Positions 36,757-45,813 of a stretch of DNA of 64,000 nt are shown one piece after another. The position numbers and the translations under genes are program-made. Position 1 is the stretch's first letter. Each line of letters opens with the position of its first letter. The notes beneath the pieces were generated by a model. That model did not search any database. It was not told the origin of the DNA and saw nothing but the letters and a program-made list of their open reading frames with translations. The stretch comes from Candidatus Calditenuaceae archaeon (GTDB lineage Archaea > Thermoproteota > Nitrososphaeria_A > Caldarchaeales > Calditenuaceae), in contig JANXDI010000015.1 of assembly GCA_025059595.1 (NCBI GenBank), positions 89,872 through 153,871 of the forward strand, given 5' to 3'.

Positions 36757-37128
36757 TTACTTCTCCTTCTCCCCACTCTTCGAGGAGAGAAGGTCGCCGA
36801 GCGTGACTCCTCGAGTAGCTGTTTTAGGAGGAGTGACGTAGATATCCTCATCCTTCAGCTCCCTAATGATTCGTATCTTAAGCACCTTCTCCAAATTTCT
36901 GGCAAGGTTTAGGGGAGGTCTGAAGGAGCCGGCCTCTATCTTTTTTATCACCGAGACTTTTTCTTGGACGAGGCTTGCAAGCTCTTCTTGAGTCAGTCCA
37001 AGCTTTTCGCGGGCTGAGCGTATGATTTCGCCGAAACCGTCGACGAAATCCAGCCTCTCCACCGCCTCGAATATGTCCCCGCCGCGCCCTCTTGATGCCG
37101 CGCGCTGAGCTGTCTTGCGGCGCTCCAC
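36757..37128 (-). CDS. mbf1: Multiprotein bridging factor 1 (aMBF1) HTH protein lacking the Zn ribbon
   Basis: IIRSAREKLGLTQEELA, EKVSVIKKIEAG, LEKVL, TLGD motif. Adjacent to hflX. Confidence 0.85.
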   Translation of the reverse strand: MERRKTAQRAASRGRGGDIFEAVERLDFVDGFGEIIRSAREKLGLTQEELASLVQEKVSVIKKIEAGSFRPPLNLARNLEKVLKIRIIRELKDEDIYVTPPKTATRGVTLGDLLSSKSGEKEK

Positions 37129-37185
37129 AACTTCTCTTCGTAGTTGATAGGATATAAACTTCTCTAACGGAGGAAGGGTTTGAAA

Positions 37186-38391
37186 TTATACTCGCGGCTT
37201 CCAGCCACTTATCGCAGCGTACTCCCCTAGTACCCCCTGATATACCTCAATTGTCCGTTCCGCTATTCTCCACCAAGTGAACTCGTTCTTTACTCTCTCG
37301 TAAGCGTTGGTTCGCAGATGCTCGGCGAGAGCTGGGTTCGTCAATACCTGGGTTATGCCCCAAGCTAGCGAGTCTGGATTGGGGTAGACGCTCACGCAGC
37401 TGTGTAAGTGGCTCACAATCTCCCCTATCCCTCCGATGCATGTGGAGACGAGTGGGAGGCGTGATGCCGCGGCCTCCAGCGCGACGATGCCGAAGGGCTC
37501 GTAGAGGGAGGGCATCACGAATACGTCAGACACTGCGTAGAGGCTCCGTACTGTTTTGACGTCGAGGAATCCAGTTACGTAGACCTTGTGGGCGACGCCC
37601 ATCTCCTCAACCCTACGCCTTATCCACTCCTTAAGGTATCCCTCACCGACGATGACGAATTTAACGTCTACACTCTGGAGGACTCGGGGTATCGCCTCAA
37701 CTAGGAGATGGACACCCTTCTCGTAAACCAATCTTCCCACATAGAGGACTATCCTTTCATGTGGTGCTGCGAACCTCGACCGCAGCTCAGAGTTGCTTCC
37801 GCTCGATGAAAAATTCTCGAGACACACCCCGTTCGGTATCACGTCTATCTTGCCCATCGGCGTCCCCAAGGCCCTGTTAACCTCCTCGGCCAAGAATCTG
37901 CTAACGCAAATCACCCTCCAAGCCTCTCTCGCAAGCCAAGCCTCAGTCGAGGCAATCATCCGTTGGTAATCATCGTGTATCCCACCTCTTCTGCCGTACT
38001 CTGTCGAGTGGATGGTAGCTATGAGAGGCATTCTGAAAATGTGTTTGAGGGTTATGGAGGCTTGTGCGACTAGCCAGTCGTGGGCGTGAATGATGAAGGG
38101 TTTTTGGAGCTCGTTTTTCAGGATGCCGCAGGCGTAGTCTAGCATGTTAACATTCATCATAGCTATCCATGAGGCGAAATCTGGGGCCGGATACTTGTAG
38201 GAGTCGACTCGATGGACTTGGACACCGTTCATCTCTTCCCTTTTAGGCGCTCCCGGAAAATCCGGGGTCAATACATGAACCTCGACACCTTTTTTCGCAA
38301 GCTCTACGGAGAGGTCGTGGACATGGGCGGCCAATCCTCCTATGATTCTGGGGGGAAACTCCCAGCTAAGCATCACGACGCTGAAAGCCAT
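37186..38391 (-). CDS. GT4 glycosyltransferase (glycogen-synthase-like WEFPP type)
   Basis: SWEFPPRIIGGL, HAHDW, HSTEYGR, VGRLVYEKG, PSLYEPFGIVALEA. Confidence 0.9.
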   Translation of the reverse strand: MAFSVVMLSWEFPPRIIGGLAAHVHDLSVELAKKGVEVHVLTPDFPGAPKREEMNGVQVHRVDSYKYPAPDFASWIAMMNVNMLDYACGILKNELQKPFIIHAHDWLVAQASITLKHIFRMPLIATIHSTEYGRRGGIHDDYQRMIASTEAWLAREAWRVICVSRFLAEEVNRALGTPMGKIDVIPNGVCLENFSSSGSNSELRSRFAAPHERIVLYVGRLVYEKGVHLLVEAIPRVLQSVDVKFVIVGEGYLKEWIRRRVEEMGVAHKVYVTGFLDVKTVRSLYAVSDVFVMPSLYEPFGIVALEAAASRLPLVSTCIGGIGEIVSHLHSCVSVYPNPDSLAWGITQVLTNPALAEHLRTNAYERVKNEFTWWRIAERTIEVYQGVLGEYAAISGWKPRV

Positions 38392-39003
38392 TTAGCGCGC
38401 CACCAGACTTTGATAAAGTCTCAGAACCTCTTCCTCCCAGCCCGCCGAAGATGGGTCTAAGACCCTGACCCCCTCACGCTCTAGAGGGAGATTCCTTCTC
38501 AACTCAGAAAGCATCCACTCATTATTTACTAAGATGACATCACATTCGCGGGACATTTGCCATTCTATCGTCCTGATGCATGAACTTAAGGGGGAGTTTG
38601 GATTTAGGGACCTCTGCTGCTCTAAGCTGTATATAGAGGCTATCCAAGGGATGTTGAGTGCTTTTTTCAGGGCTGAGGCTGCTGGTGTGAAGTGCCAGTC
38701 ATAGGAGTGGATTATCAGACTTTCAGGCTCAGAATGGAAGATGTCAGCGACGACGCGGGCAACCTCAGCGTTTATGCCCATTATCCACGTGATGATTGTG
38801 GACTGAGGCGAGACGGGGTTGGCCACCCATGTTATCCTCAGGCCGGGTGCTCTCTCCTCAACATAGTATCCCCAGTCGCCGATTGTCACCACCTCCATTC
38901 TCAGACCTTTACCTCTCAGCCTCTCTACCTGGGCCTGAACCTGCCACGCCAGGTCGCCGATAATGCGGGGCGGATACTCCCAAGCTAGAATGATAGCTCT
39001 CAT
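38392..39003 (-). CDS. Stand-alone GT4 N-terminal (acceptor-binding) domain protein
   Basis: AWEYPPRIIGDL, HSYDW, IEW. No C-terminal EPFG domain. Confidence 0.75.
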   Translation of the reverse strand: MRAIILAWEYPPRIIGDLAWQVQAQVERLRGKGLRMEVVTIGDWGYYVEERAPGLRITWVANPVSPQSTIITWIMGINAEVARVVADIFHSEPESLIIHSYDWHFTPAASALKKALNIPWIASIYSLEQQRSLNPNSPLSSCIRTIEWQMSRECDVILVNNEWMLSELRRNLPLEREGVRVLDPSSAGWEEEVLRLYQSLVAR

Positions 39004-39012
39004 ACCTCCCGC

Positions 39013-39264
39013 CTATGTATATATGGAGCAGACCCTAATCACACCCTTACCCGTGAGATAAAAGCAGACCCCCCCACCAGCTCTTCTGGCACTTGCAACA
39101 TATCCATCCGACTCTAGCATCTTCAAAATCTCCTCAACCCTACACCTTTCCAGAGAGAGAGCGGCAGATATCTCATTAGGCTCGACGGCTCTGCTCTCAT
39201 CGACATACCCCATGTTATGCAAAAAAGTCAGGAGGAGGGTCGACTCGTCTCCCTGCATGGGCAT
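39013..39264 (-). CDS. Small winged-HTH protein (putative transcription factor)
   Basis: EISAALSLERCRVEEILKMLESDGYV...FYLTGKG, a wHTH pattern. Confidence 0.68.
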   Translation of the reverse strand: MPMQGDESTLLLTFLHNMGYVDESRAVEPNEISAALSLERCRVEEILKMLESDGYVASARRAGGGVCFYLTGKGVIRVCSIYT

Positions 39265-39284
39265 TCCAATTACAAAGCGTGCGC

Positions 39285-39375
39285 CTTAGTGATACTTAAG
39301 TATTGTAGTCGTAATGCCGACGTGAGTATCACGTTGTGATAAGATATCTACTTTAAACGCCAAAATGATATAAGT
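39285..39375. promoter_or_regulatory. Divergent promoter region with palindromic putative operator(s)
   Basis: ATACTTAAGTAT (39292-39303), TATCAC-gtt-GTGATA (39327-39341), AGATATCT (39342-39349), TATA-like CTTTAAA near 39351. Confidence 0.45.
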
Positions 39376-39386
39376 AGTGCGGATAG

Positions 39387-40634
39387 ATGAGGATAGCTTT
39401 CATCACATGGGAATACCCGCCGCTGATTGTCGGTGGTCTGGGCACTTATTCCCACTACATTACTGTTTGGATGGCGAGGCTTGGCCACGAAGTTGAGGTA
39501 TATGCTCCGTCACCTCCGGGGCTTAAGATTGAGGTTGAGAGGTTTGAGAACCTCGATGTGAATTGGGTCGAGGTGCCTGACCTCTCGCCGAGTTTGAGAT
39601 ATGTAGTGAACGAGGAGGTACGGGCATGGGGGGAAGGTGTTAGATACTTCAGCAACATCGTGACCTTCAACACGGCGACGGCTTCGCTGCTGGTCTCTAG
39701 GCTTCTGAGACGCGAGTTCGATGTTGTGGCTTTCAACGATTGGCTCTGCTCAATTGCGGGGGTGTCGCTGGCTAGGCTGGGTGGGGCTTCAGCTGTTTAT
39801 CATGTGCACTCGACTGAGTGGGGGAGAGCACTTGGAAGGGGTTCGAGGACGGTCTCGGAGATTGAGAGGCTTGGGGCGGAATATGCGTCGAAAATAATCA
39901 CGGTTAGTAATGCTATGAAGGAGGACCTACAAGCCCACACTTGGCCGGCCCACAAGATTGCCGTTGTTTGGAACGGCGTAGACCCGGACATATATGACCC
40001 CTCGACTGTAAATCAGCATGATAGGGAGAGCCTTAGGTCTCGATACGGAATAAGGCCCGAGGAGCAGATGATTCTATTCGTGGGACGTTTAGTCGCTGTT
40101 AAGGGCGCTAGAGAGCTGGTGGAGGCTATGCCTCACGTTTTGAGAGAGTTTCCTAAGGCGAAATTAGTCATTCTAGGTAAGGGAGACTTGGAGGCTGAGC
40201 TTCAGGGGCTTATCAGGGATTTAGGTCTGGGTGGTAAGGTTATTCTGAGGGCCGAGTTTGTCTCTGAGCGGGAGAGGATTCTCCACTACGCCGCATCCGA
40301 TGTCTGCGTCTTCCCTTCAATTTACGAGCCATTCGGAATAGTTAGCTTGGAGGCCATGGCTATGGAGAGGCCGGTGGTCGTGGGGGCGAGGGGGGTGGTG
40401 GGGTTTAGAGAGCAGGTGATTCCGTCTGGCGAGGAGCAGTGTGGAATGCATATTGACGGGTCAAACCCTCTGGATATAGCTTGGGGTTTGAAGGAGGTTT
40501 TGAGAGACCCTGAGAGGGCGCGAAGGATGGGGCGGAACGGGAGGAAGAGGGTTCTCGCAGAGTTTACGTGGAAGAGGGCCGCCGAGAAGACTTTAGAAAT
40601 CTACAGCAGCCTCCTCCAAGTTCAGAGGGCCTAG
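39387..40634 (+). CDS. GT4 glycosyltransferase (glycogen-synthase-like)
   Basis: TWEYPPLIVGGLG, NDW, HSTEWGR, VGRLVAVKG, PSIYEPFGIVSLEA. Confidence 0.9.
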   Translation: MRIAFITWEYPPLIVGGLGTYSHYITVWMARLGHEVEVYAPSPPGLKIEVERFENLDVNWVEVPDLSPSLRYVVNEEVRAWGEGVRYFSNIVTFNTATASLLVSRLLRREFDVVAFNDWLCSIAGVSLARLGGASAVYHVHSTEWGRALGRGSRTVSEIERLGAEYASKIITVSNAMKEDLQAHTWPAHKIAVVWNGVDPDIYDPSTVNQHDRESLRSRYGIRPEEQMILFVGRLVAVKGARELVEAMPHVLREFPKAKLVILGKGDLEAELQGLIRDLGLGGKVILRAEFVSERERILHYAASDVCVFPSIYEPFGIVSLEAMAMERPVVVGARGVVGFREQVIPSGEEQCGMHIDGSNPLDIAWGLKEVLRDPERARRMGRNGRKRVLAEFTWKRAAEKTLEIYSSLLQVQRA

Positions 40635-41557
40635 CCCTCCGTCAATACCTCGCACCCGTCCTCATGAACCAGAACCGTGTGCTCTGCCTGGGAGACGGGT
40701 GCACCGCTTTTCTCGACGAGCACAGGGTATCCGTAGACCAGCCCCCGCTTGTAGAGTCGCGGATGAATTGCCGCCGCTGGTCCGCTAAGCCAGCGTGTTG
40801 TGTATGGTAGCCCTCGCGAGACGGAGACAATCTCTCGGAGGGCTTCTAGCTCCTCTTGGCTCAGCCCCTTAGGCTTTGGGGATGTGTCTCTGACCGAGAA
40901 AATGTTGACGGTCTTGGTGTTTATCACTATGCCTGGCGCCTCGCGGAGTGTTATGAACGGCTCCACAGCGTATACGTGACCCGCTTTTAGCCTATGGGGC
41001 TCATTTGAGGGTATGTTCGGGATAGAGAGGCCGGCATGGAGATTGAACCTTCTAATCTCGTGTCCTGAAAGGTTTGCGATTGGTCTACAGCCCATTCTCG
41101 TGGCCGTCTCATATATCACGCGCCCAATCTCGCCCACCTTCACCCCGGCCTTCATTAGCTTCAAAGCGTTCTTCAAGGCCTCTCGCGCCACGTCGACCAG
41201 ATGGCCATAGGGGCTCCTCAAGTCGAGAGTAGCGGCCGTATCGGCGATGAAGCCGTCAAGCTCCACCCCAACGTCTACCTTAACCAAGACGCCAGCTTGG
41301 ATGACCATGTCGTCGCCGTGTGTCGGTGTGTAGTGTGCGGCGATTGAATCGATTCCGATGTTACAGGGGAAGGCGGGCCTCGCTCCCAACTCTCTTATCC
41401 GTGCCTCAATCCACTCGCAGACCTCCTCAGACCTGATGCCTGGTCTCACCCTCGAAAAAGCCTCTCTCAAGACCGAGCCAGCTACGGAGCCGGCCTGTCT
41501 GAGCCTGTCAAGCTGCTCTGCGTTAGGCTGAAAAACTACACGCTCCGAGCCACCCAC
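40631..41557 (-). CDS. map: Methionine aminopeptidase type II
   Basis: PAFPCN, AAHYTP, KVDVG, DGFIADTA, GHEI, EPF, QAEHT. Confidence 0.95.
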   Translation of the reverse strand: MGGSERVVFQPNAEQLDRLRQAGSVAGSVLREAFSRVRPGIRSEEVCEWIEARIRELGARPAFPCNIGIDSIAAHYTPTHGDDMVIQAGVLVKVDVGVELDGFIADTAATLDLRSPYGHLVDVAREALKNALKLMKAGVKVGEIGRVIYETATRMGCRPIANLSGHEIRRFNLHAGLSIPNIPSNEPHRLKAGHVYAVEPFITLREAPGIVINTKTVNIFSVRDTSPKPKGLSQEELEALREIVSVSRGLPYTTRWLSGPAAAIHPRLYKRGLVYGYPVLVEKSGAPVSQAEHTVLVHEDGCEVLTEG

Positions 41558-41563
41558 CCTCTT

Positions 41564-43231
41564 TCACCTCCTCCAGACTTGAGCCGGGAGCCTCTCCATC
41601 CGCCTCGGCCCCACATCCGCTATCAGCGAACCCACCCAATAAACAGTAGCCAGAAATACTATGACTATCGCAAGAGAGTTGCTTCCAGCCATCAGCATCG
41701 CGGGTATGCCGTGGTCGCCTGATTCAAGCTCGACCGAATATGGCCGCCCCGTGACGGGGTTTATCATCGACTCAACAGGAGAATAGTTATCGGTTAATAT
41801 TCTATATTCGGTGAGGTCCGGAATTCTGGTCCACAACCCGCGAGACACTAAGTCCGCTAGCTCACGGTTCTGCCACTCGGATAGGGCGGCTGCTAGGTCG
41901 CATCCGGCCTGTGCGCAGGCTATGATTATTATGTTTTGAACAAGTGGGGCTGGAGTTTCGGAGGCTTTGATGACGAATATCCGTGGGAAGACTTGGCTCA
42001 TGGTTTTGTAAGCTGACCAGAGAATCTCGGATGTGTCTCCCGAGACTGAGGCGATGATGTTGCTGACAACCACTCCGTCGTCGCTGAGCCTATTCTTCAC
42101 CAGCCTGAAGAACTCGAGGGTCATGAGATGATAGGGTATGTATGTCTTTGCGTAGGCGTCTATGATAATTCCATCAAATTTTCTCTCCACCTTCTGTAGA
42201 AATACTCTGCCGTCGTCGTTGTGAATAATGAGCTGTGGCTCATCGGGAACATCGAAATACTTCCTAGCCACCTCGATGACAACCGGGTCAATCTCAACCA
42301 CCTCAACAACCAGACTCGGAAATTCTTGGAGGAAATATTTTGGGCCAGAGAATCCGCCTCCACCGATGAAGAGGACTCTCTCCGCGTTTCTCTTAAGAGC
42401 CACGGCTAGTTCGAAGAATTTGGTGTAAGTGAAGACGAGTCTATCCGGTTCTTTAATGCTCATACCGCTGTGTGGTAGGCCGTTGAGGTAGAGTATCTGG
42501 ATGTCTCCGCTCACCGCAACAACTAAACTATTGTAAGGCGTCTCCCTTGCCTCGAGCACTCTGCCCGTGGCAGCTAGAGCGGGACCACCTAACAGACCAA
42601 TAGGTGAGAGGAGAAGAATCAGCATCGCCGCAAAAGTCGCCTTAGAGGGGAGGCCGAGCCTTAGAGACGAGATCGCCATCAGAGTGAAGCCAACTCCGAG
42701 AAAGATGGAGCGGATATCGGTGGCTGGAATCAGGATGAACACCGTTCCAAAGGTTCCGAAGATGCTTCCCAAGGTCGAGACAGCGTACAAGTATCCCGCG
42801 CTCGTCCCAAGCTCCCTCAACTCCCGAGTCATTAGCTTGACTGCGAAAGGTGAGACCATCCCGAGCAGCAGATTGGATGGAGCCAGCAGGGCTAGGCTTG
42901 AAATGAGAGCGCCCCAGCGCTCCTCTAAGCCGAGTGAGAGGACTGCCTCGATGCTTATGGTTGAGAGGTAGGGTACCGAGATAGCGAGAATTCCTCCTGT
43001 AAAAACTATCGTATCAAGGAGGCGAGCGTCAGGTATACGGTCTGAGACTCTCCCCCCGAGATAGTATCCAGCGGCGAGTGATGAGAGGACGATGCCGATT
43101 ATGCTACCCCAGACGAAGACGGAGCTTCCGAAGACAGGTGTGAGAAGCCTGCTTCCGGCGAGCTCTATCGCCATTACGGCGAAGCCTGAAAGAAAGACTA
43201 GACTTAAAAGCCTCAACCTCTCTAAACGCAA
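41564..43231 (-). CDS. Fused membrane domain / spermidine synthase-like SAM-dependent protein
   Basis: N-terminal TM region (ELAGSRLLTPVFGSS, STLGSIFGT) followed by LFIGGGG, VEIDP, DGR, IIDAY, LTDNYSP. Confidence 0.82.
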   Translation of the reverse strand: MRLERLRLLSLVFLSGFAVMAIELAGSRLLTPVFGSSVFVWGSIIGIVLSSLAAGYYLGGRVSDRIPDARLLDTIVFTGGILAISVPYLSTISIEAVLSLGLEERWGALISSLALLAPSNLLLGMVSPFAVKLMTRELRELGTSAGYLYAVSTLGSIFGTFGTVFILIPATDIRSIFLGVGFTLMAISSLRLGLPSKATFAAMLILLLSPIGLLGGPALAATGRVLEARETPYNSLVVAVSGDIQILYLNGLPHSGMSIKEPDRLVFTYTKFFELAVALKRNAERVLFIGGGGFSGPKYFLQEFPSLVVEVVEIDPVVIEVARKYFDVPDEPQLIIHNDDGRVFLQKVERKFDGIIIDAYAKTYIPYHLMTLEFFRLVKNRLSDDGVVVSNIIASVSGDTSEILWSAYKTMSQVFPRIFVIKASETPAPLVQNIIIIACAQAGCDLAAALSEWQNRELADLVSRGLWTRIPDLTEYRILTDNYSPVESMINPVTGRPYSVELESGDHGIPAMLMAGSNSLAIVIVFLATVYWVGSLIADVGPRRMERLPAQVWRR

Positions 43232-43330
43232 TCCGACCCCACTACAGGCCTCCTTGGTGAAAAATCTATCTTAAAGACCCTCTTTAGGCGCGATTAGTTT
43301 AAATATCGTAGCGAAGATGAGACAGCAGGA

Positions 43331-44296
43331 TTGATATCACTAACTCTAAGCCAGAGGGAGGCTCCCGGAGTCCGGATAGAAAGTGTTGAGGGACTTCGTG
43401 TCAAGCGTGGCTCAACGCTTGTGAAGAGAGGCTTCGCACACATGCTGAAGCACGGAGTTGTCATGGATGTGACGAACGTGGAGCAGGCTCAGATTGCCGA
43501 GGACGCGGGTGCCGTGGGCGTCATGGTTCTTGACAAGCTGCCTTACGACGTGAGAAAGGCGGGGGGTGTCGCGAGAACCGCCAGCCTGAAGGTGATCGAA
43601 GAAGTATTGGAGCACGTTACTATACCTGTGATGGCTAAGTGCAGAATCGGGCATACGTGGGAGGCGAGAGTTCTCGAGGAGGCTGGTGTGGACATGATTG
43701 ATGAGTCGGAAGTCCTGACTCCGGCTGATGAGGAGAGGCATATCTGGAAATGGGACTTCACAACGCCGTTCGTCTGCGGCGCTAGGGACCTTGGAGAAGC
43801 CCTCCGCAGGATAGAGGAGGGGGCATCTATGATTAGGACGAAGGGAGAGCCGGGTACCGGAAACGTCGCTGAGGCTGTTAAGCACATGAGGATTCTGAAT
43901 AACGAGCTCAGGAAAATCGTAGTATTATATGAGGAGGGTGATGAGCAGGAGCTAATCAGGGCTACCCGCGAGCTCAGAGTCTCCTATGAGCTTGTCTTAG
44001 AGACGGCCAGAATAAAGAGGCTCCCCGTCGTAAACTTCGCGGCCGGTGGCATAGCAACTCCGGCAGACGCGGCACTCATGATGAGCCTTGGTTGTGACGG
44101 CGTCTTCGTCGGCTCGGGCATATTCAAGTCCACCGACCCACGAGCTAGGGCTGAGGCGATAGTCATCGCAACCACTTATTGGGATAAGCCCGACATCGTG
44201 GCTGAGGCCCAGAAGATGGTCGACGAGACTAAGGCGATGGCTGGGTTTGACCTTAAGACTTTGGAGCTGAGAATGCAGGAGCGGGGGACCGGCTAA
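43331..44296 (+). CDS. pdxS: Pyridoxal 5'-phosphate synthase lyase subunit
   Basis: [55 protein letters not shown]. Confidence 0.96.
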   Translation: MISLTLSQREAPGVRIESVEGLRVKRGSTLVKRGFAHMLKHGVVMDVTNVEQAQIAEDAGAVGVMVLDKLPYDVRKAGGVARTASLKVIEEVLEHVTIPVMAKCRIGHTWEARVLEEAGVDMIDESEVLTPADEERHIWKWDFTTPFVCGARDLGEALRRIEEGASMIRTKGEPGTGNVAEAVKHMRILNNELRKIVVLYEEGDEQELIRATRELRVSYELVLETARIKRLPVVNFAAGGIATPADAALMMSLGCDGVFVGSGIFKSTDPRARAEAIVIATTYWDKPDIVAEAQKMVDETKAMAGFDLKTLELRMQERGTG

Positions 44297-44357
44297 GAGC
44301 TCCAGAAAACTGAGGCGCAGGGGATTACTTATAAGCTGGCAGCTTTTTTGTAGAGTC

Positions 44358-45101
44358 ATGCAGGTATGGAGAGTACTAGTCATCGCCTTAGTAATCGCGG
44401 CGGTAGCCGCTTCTAGCCTCTTAGCAGGCATAAACTACGGCTCTCAAACCGCCAGCTCGGAGTGGGAGAGGCTCTTGAGCAGTGAGAGGGAGAGGATAAA
44501 GCAGCTTGAGGGCGAGCTCGCCTCTAAGCAATCGGAGCTGGACTCGGCTCTAAATAATGTGGGCAGGCTTGAAGCTCTTTTGAGTGAGACTAAGCGGCTT
44601 CTCTCCGAGAGCGAGGAGAGGGTGGCCGGTCTTCAAGCCAGTCTCTCGGACGAGCTTGAGAGCCTGAGGAGAAGTAGCGCGGAGCTATCTAGGCGAATGA
44701 GCGAGATTGAATCACGTATGCAACGCGTGGAGACTCAGGTCAACGTCGTCTCGCGGTCAATCCCGATACTAAACCAGTTAAGGGGTGTGAACAGGCTTGG
44801 CCCGGATAGGAACGCCACACTCAACTACTGGCTCGACGTCAAAGGCCTCGTCGCATCCTTCGACCCCGCGCTCACACCATCAGTGGACAGGGTGATAAAC
44901 AATTTGGAGGGGCTGTTCGACTATTTTGAGTGGGTGGAGAGTTATCCCGGTGAAGGCGCCTCTGCTGATTCGATAGTCCGCTGGATTCAGGCCCTGCCTC
45001 CGAGCTATCAGCAGTATACGGACGCGGTGAACCAGTTTGTTGACGAGTTTCTCACGAGCGTAGCGTCTAAGCTATCGGCTCTCCGCGACAGTCTGAGCTG
45101 A
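44358..45101 (+). CDS. Membrane-anchored coiled-coil hypothetical protein
   Basis: N-terminal hydrophobic helix, long heptad coiled coil, helical C-terminal domain. Confidence 0.6.
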   Translation: MQVWRVLVIALVIAAVAASSLLAGINYGSQTASSEWERLLSSERERIKQLEGELASKQSELDSALNNVGRLEALLSETKRLLSESEERVAGLQASLSDELESLRRSSAELSRRMSEIESRMQRVETQVNVVSRSIPILNQLRGVNRLGPDRNATLNYWLDVKGLVASFDPALTPSVDRVINNLEGLFDYFEWVESYPGEGASADSIVRWIQALPPSYQQYTDAVNQFVDEFLTSVASKLSALRDSLS

Positions 45102-45467
45102 CCGCCTCCTAGTCACAGCCACAGCTACGCCTCCGATGAGCCCCACAGCTAACATGAGATAGGCGTTGTATCTGTGAACCTCCTCCACGAGAAGGAATAG
45201 CCCAACATCGACGAATATAATCCCGTAGAGTATCAGGCCGAGAGCCGCTTGAACCGCGACCATAGCGAGAAGCGCTGCAAGGTATGCGAGCGACAGACGG
45301 CTTCGGCTGCTAAGTCTGAGGGCGACGGCCGTCAAAACGAGACCGGCCAGCCCGATGGTTGCGTGAATGTCCCTCAACGCCCGCGTTGTCAAGCCAAGCT
45401 CTCCCAGAATTATCTGAACAAGCAGACCCAGCCCAAGTAAAGCGGAGAAGACGGCAGAGAGTTTCAT
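45072..45467 (-). CDS. 4-TM membrane protein with two QxxLG...H repeats (possibly heme-binding)
   Basis: VQIILG...IHATIG and VQAALG...VHRYNA. ATGA overlap with the upstream gene. Confidence 0.55.
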   Translation of the reverse strand: MKLSAVFSALLGLGLLVQIILGELGLTTRALRDIHATIGLAGLVLTAVALRLSSRSRLSLAYLAALLAMVAVQAALGLILYGIIFVDVGLFLLVEEVHRYNAYLMLAVGLIGGVAVAVTRRRSAQTVAESR

Positions 45468-45751
45468 GGGGACCCGCCGCTGACCGCTGGTAGAATCAGT
45501 ACCTCGTCTCCCTCCGTAAGCTTCCGGTCCAACTCTTGGTGGCTGAGCGCCTCGTCGTTTACGTAGATGTTGATGTATCTTCTGGGCCGGCCTTCATCGT
45601 CGAGCAGCCTTTTCCGTATTTCCGGGCCGTATCTCTTGGAGAGCTCCTCTATCACGGCCTTAACCGAATCGGCTTCAAGTGTGAACTCCCTCTGTCCGCC
45701 AAGATAGTTCGCAAGAACGGCTGTAACGGTAACCTTGACTTTAGGCGACAT
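45464..45751 (-). CDS. MoaD/ThiS/SAMP ubiquitin-like sulfur carrier with C-terminal GG-SP
   Basis: RRYINIYVN, GDEVLILPAVSGG followed by SP before the stop. Confidence 0.88.
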   Translation of the reverse strand: MSPKVKVTVTAVLANYLGGQREFTLEADSVKAVIEELSKRYGPEIRKRLLDDEGRPRRYINIYVNDEALSHQELDRKLTEGDEVLILPAVSGGSP

Positions 45752-45813
45752 TTGTCTTAATTCTATCTCGGGGGAAGATATAAACCGTGAAGACCTTTCC
45801 GTTGCGCGAAACT

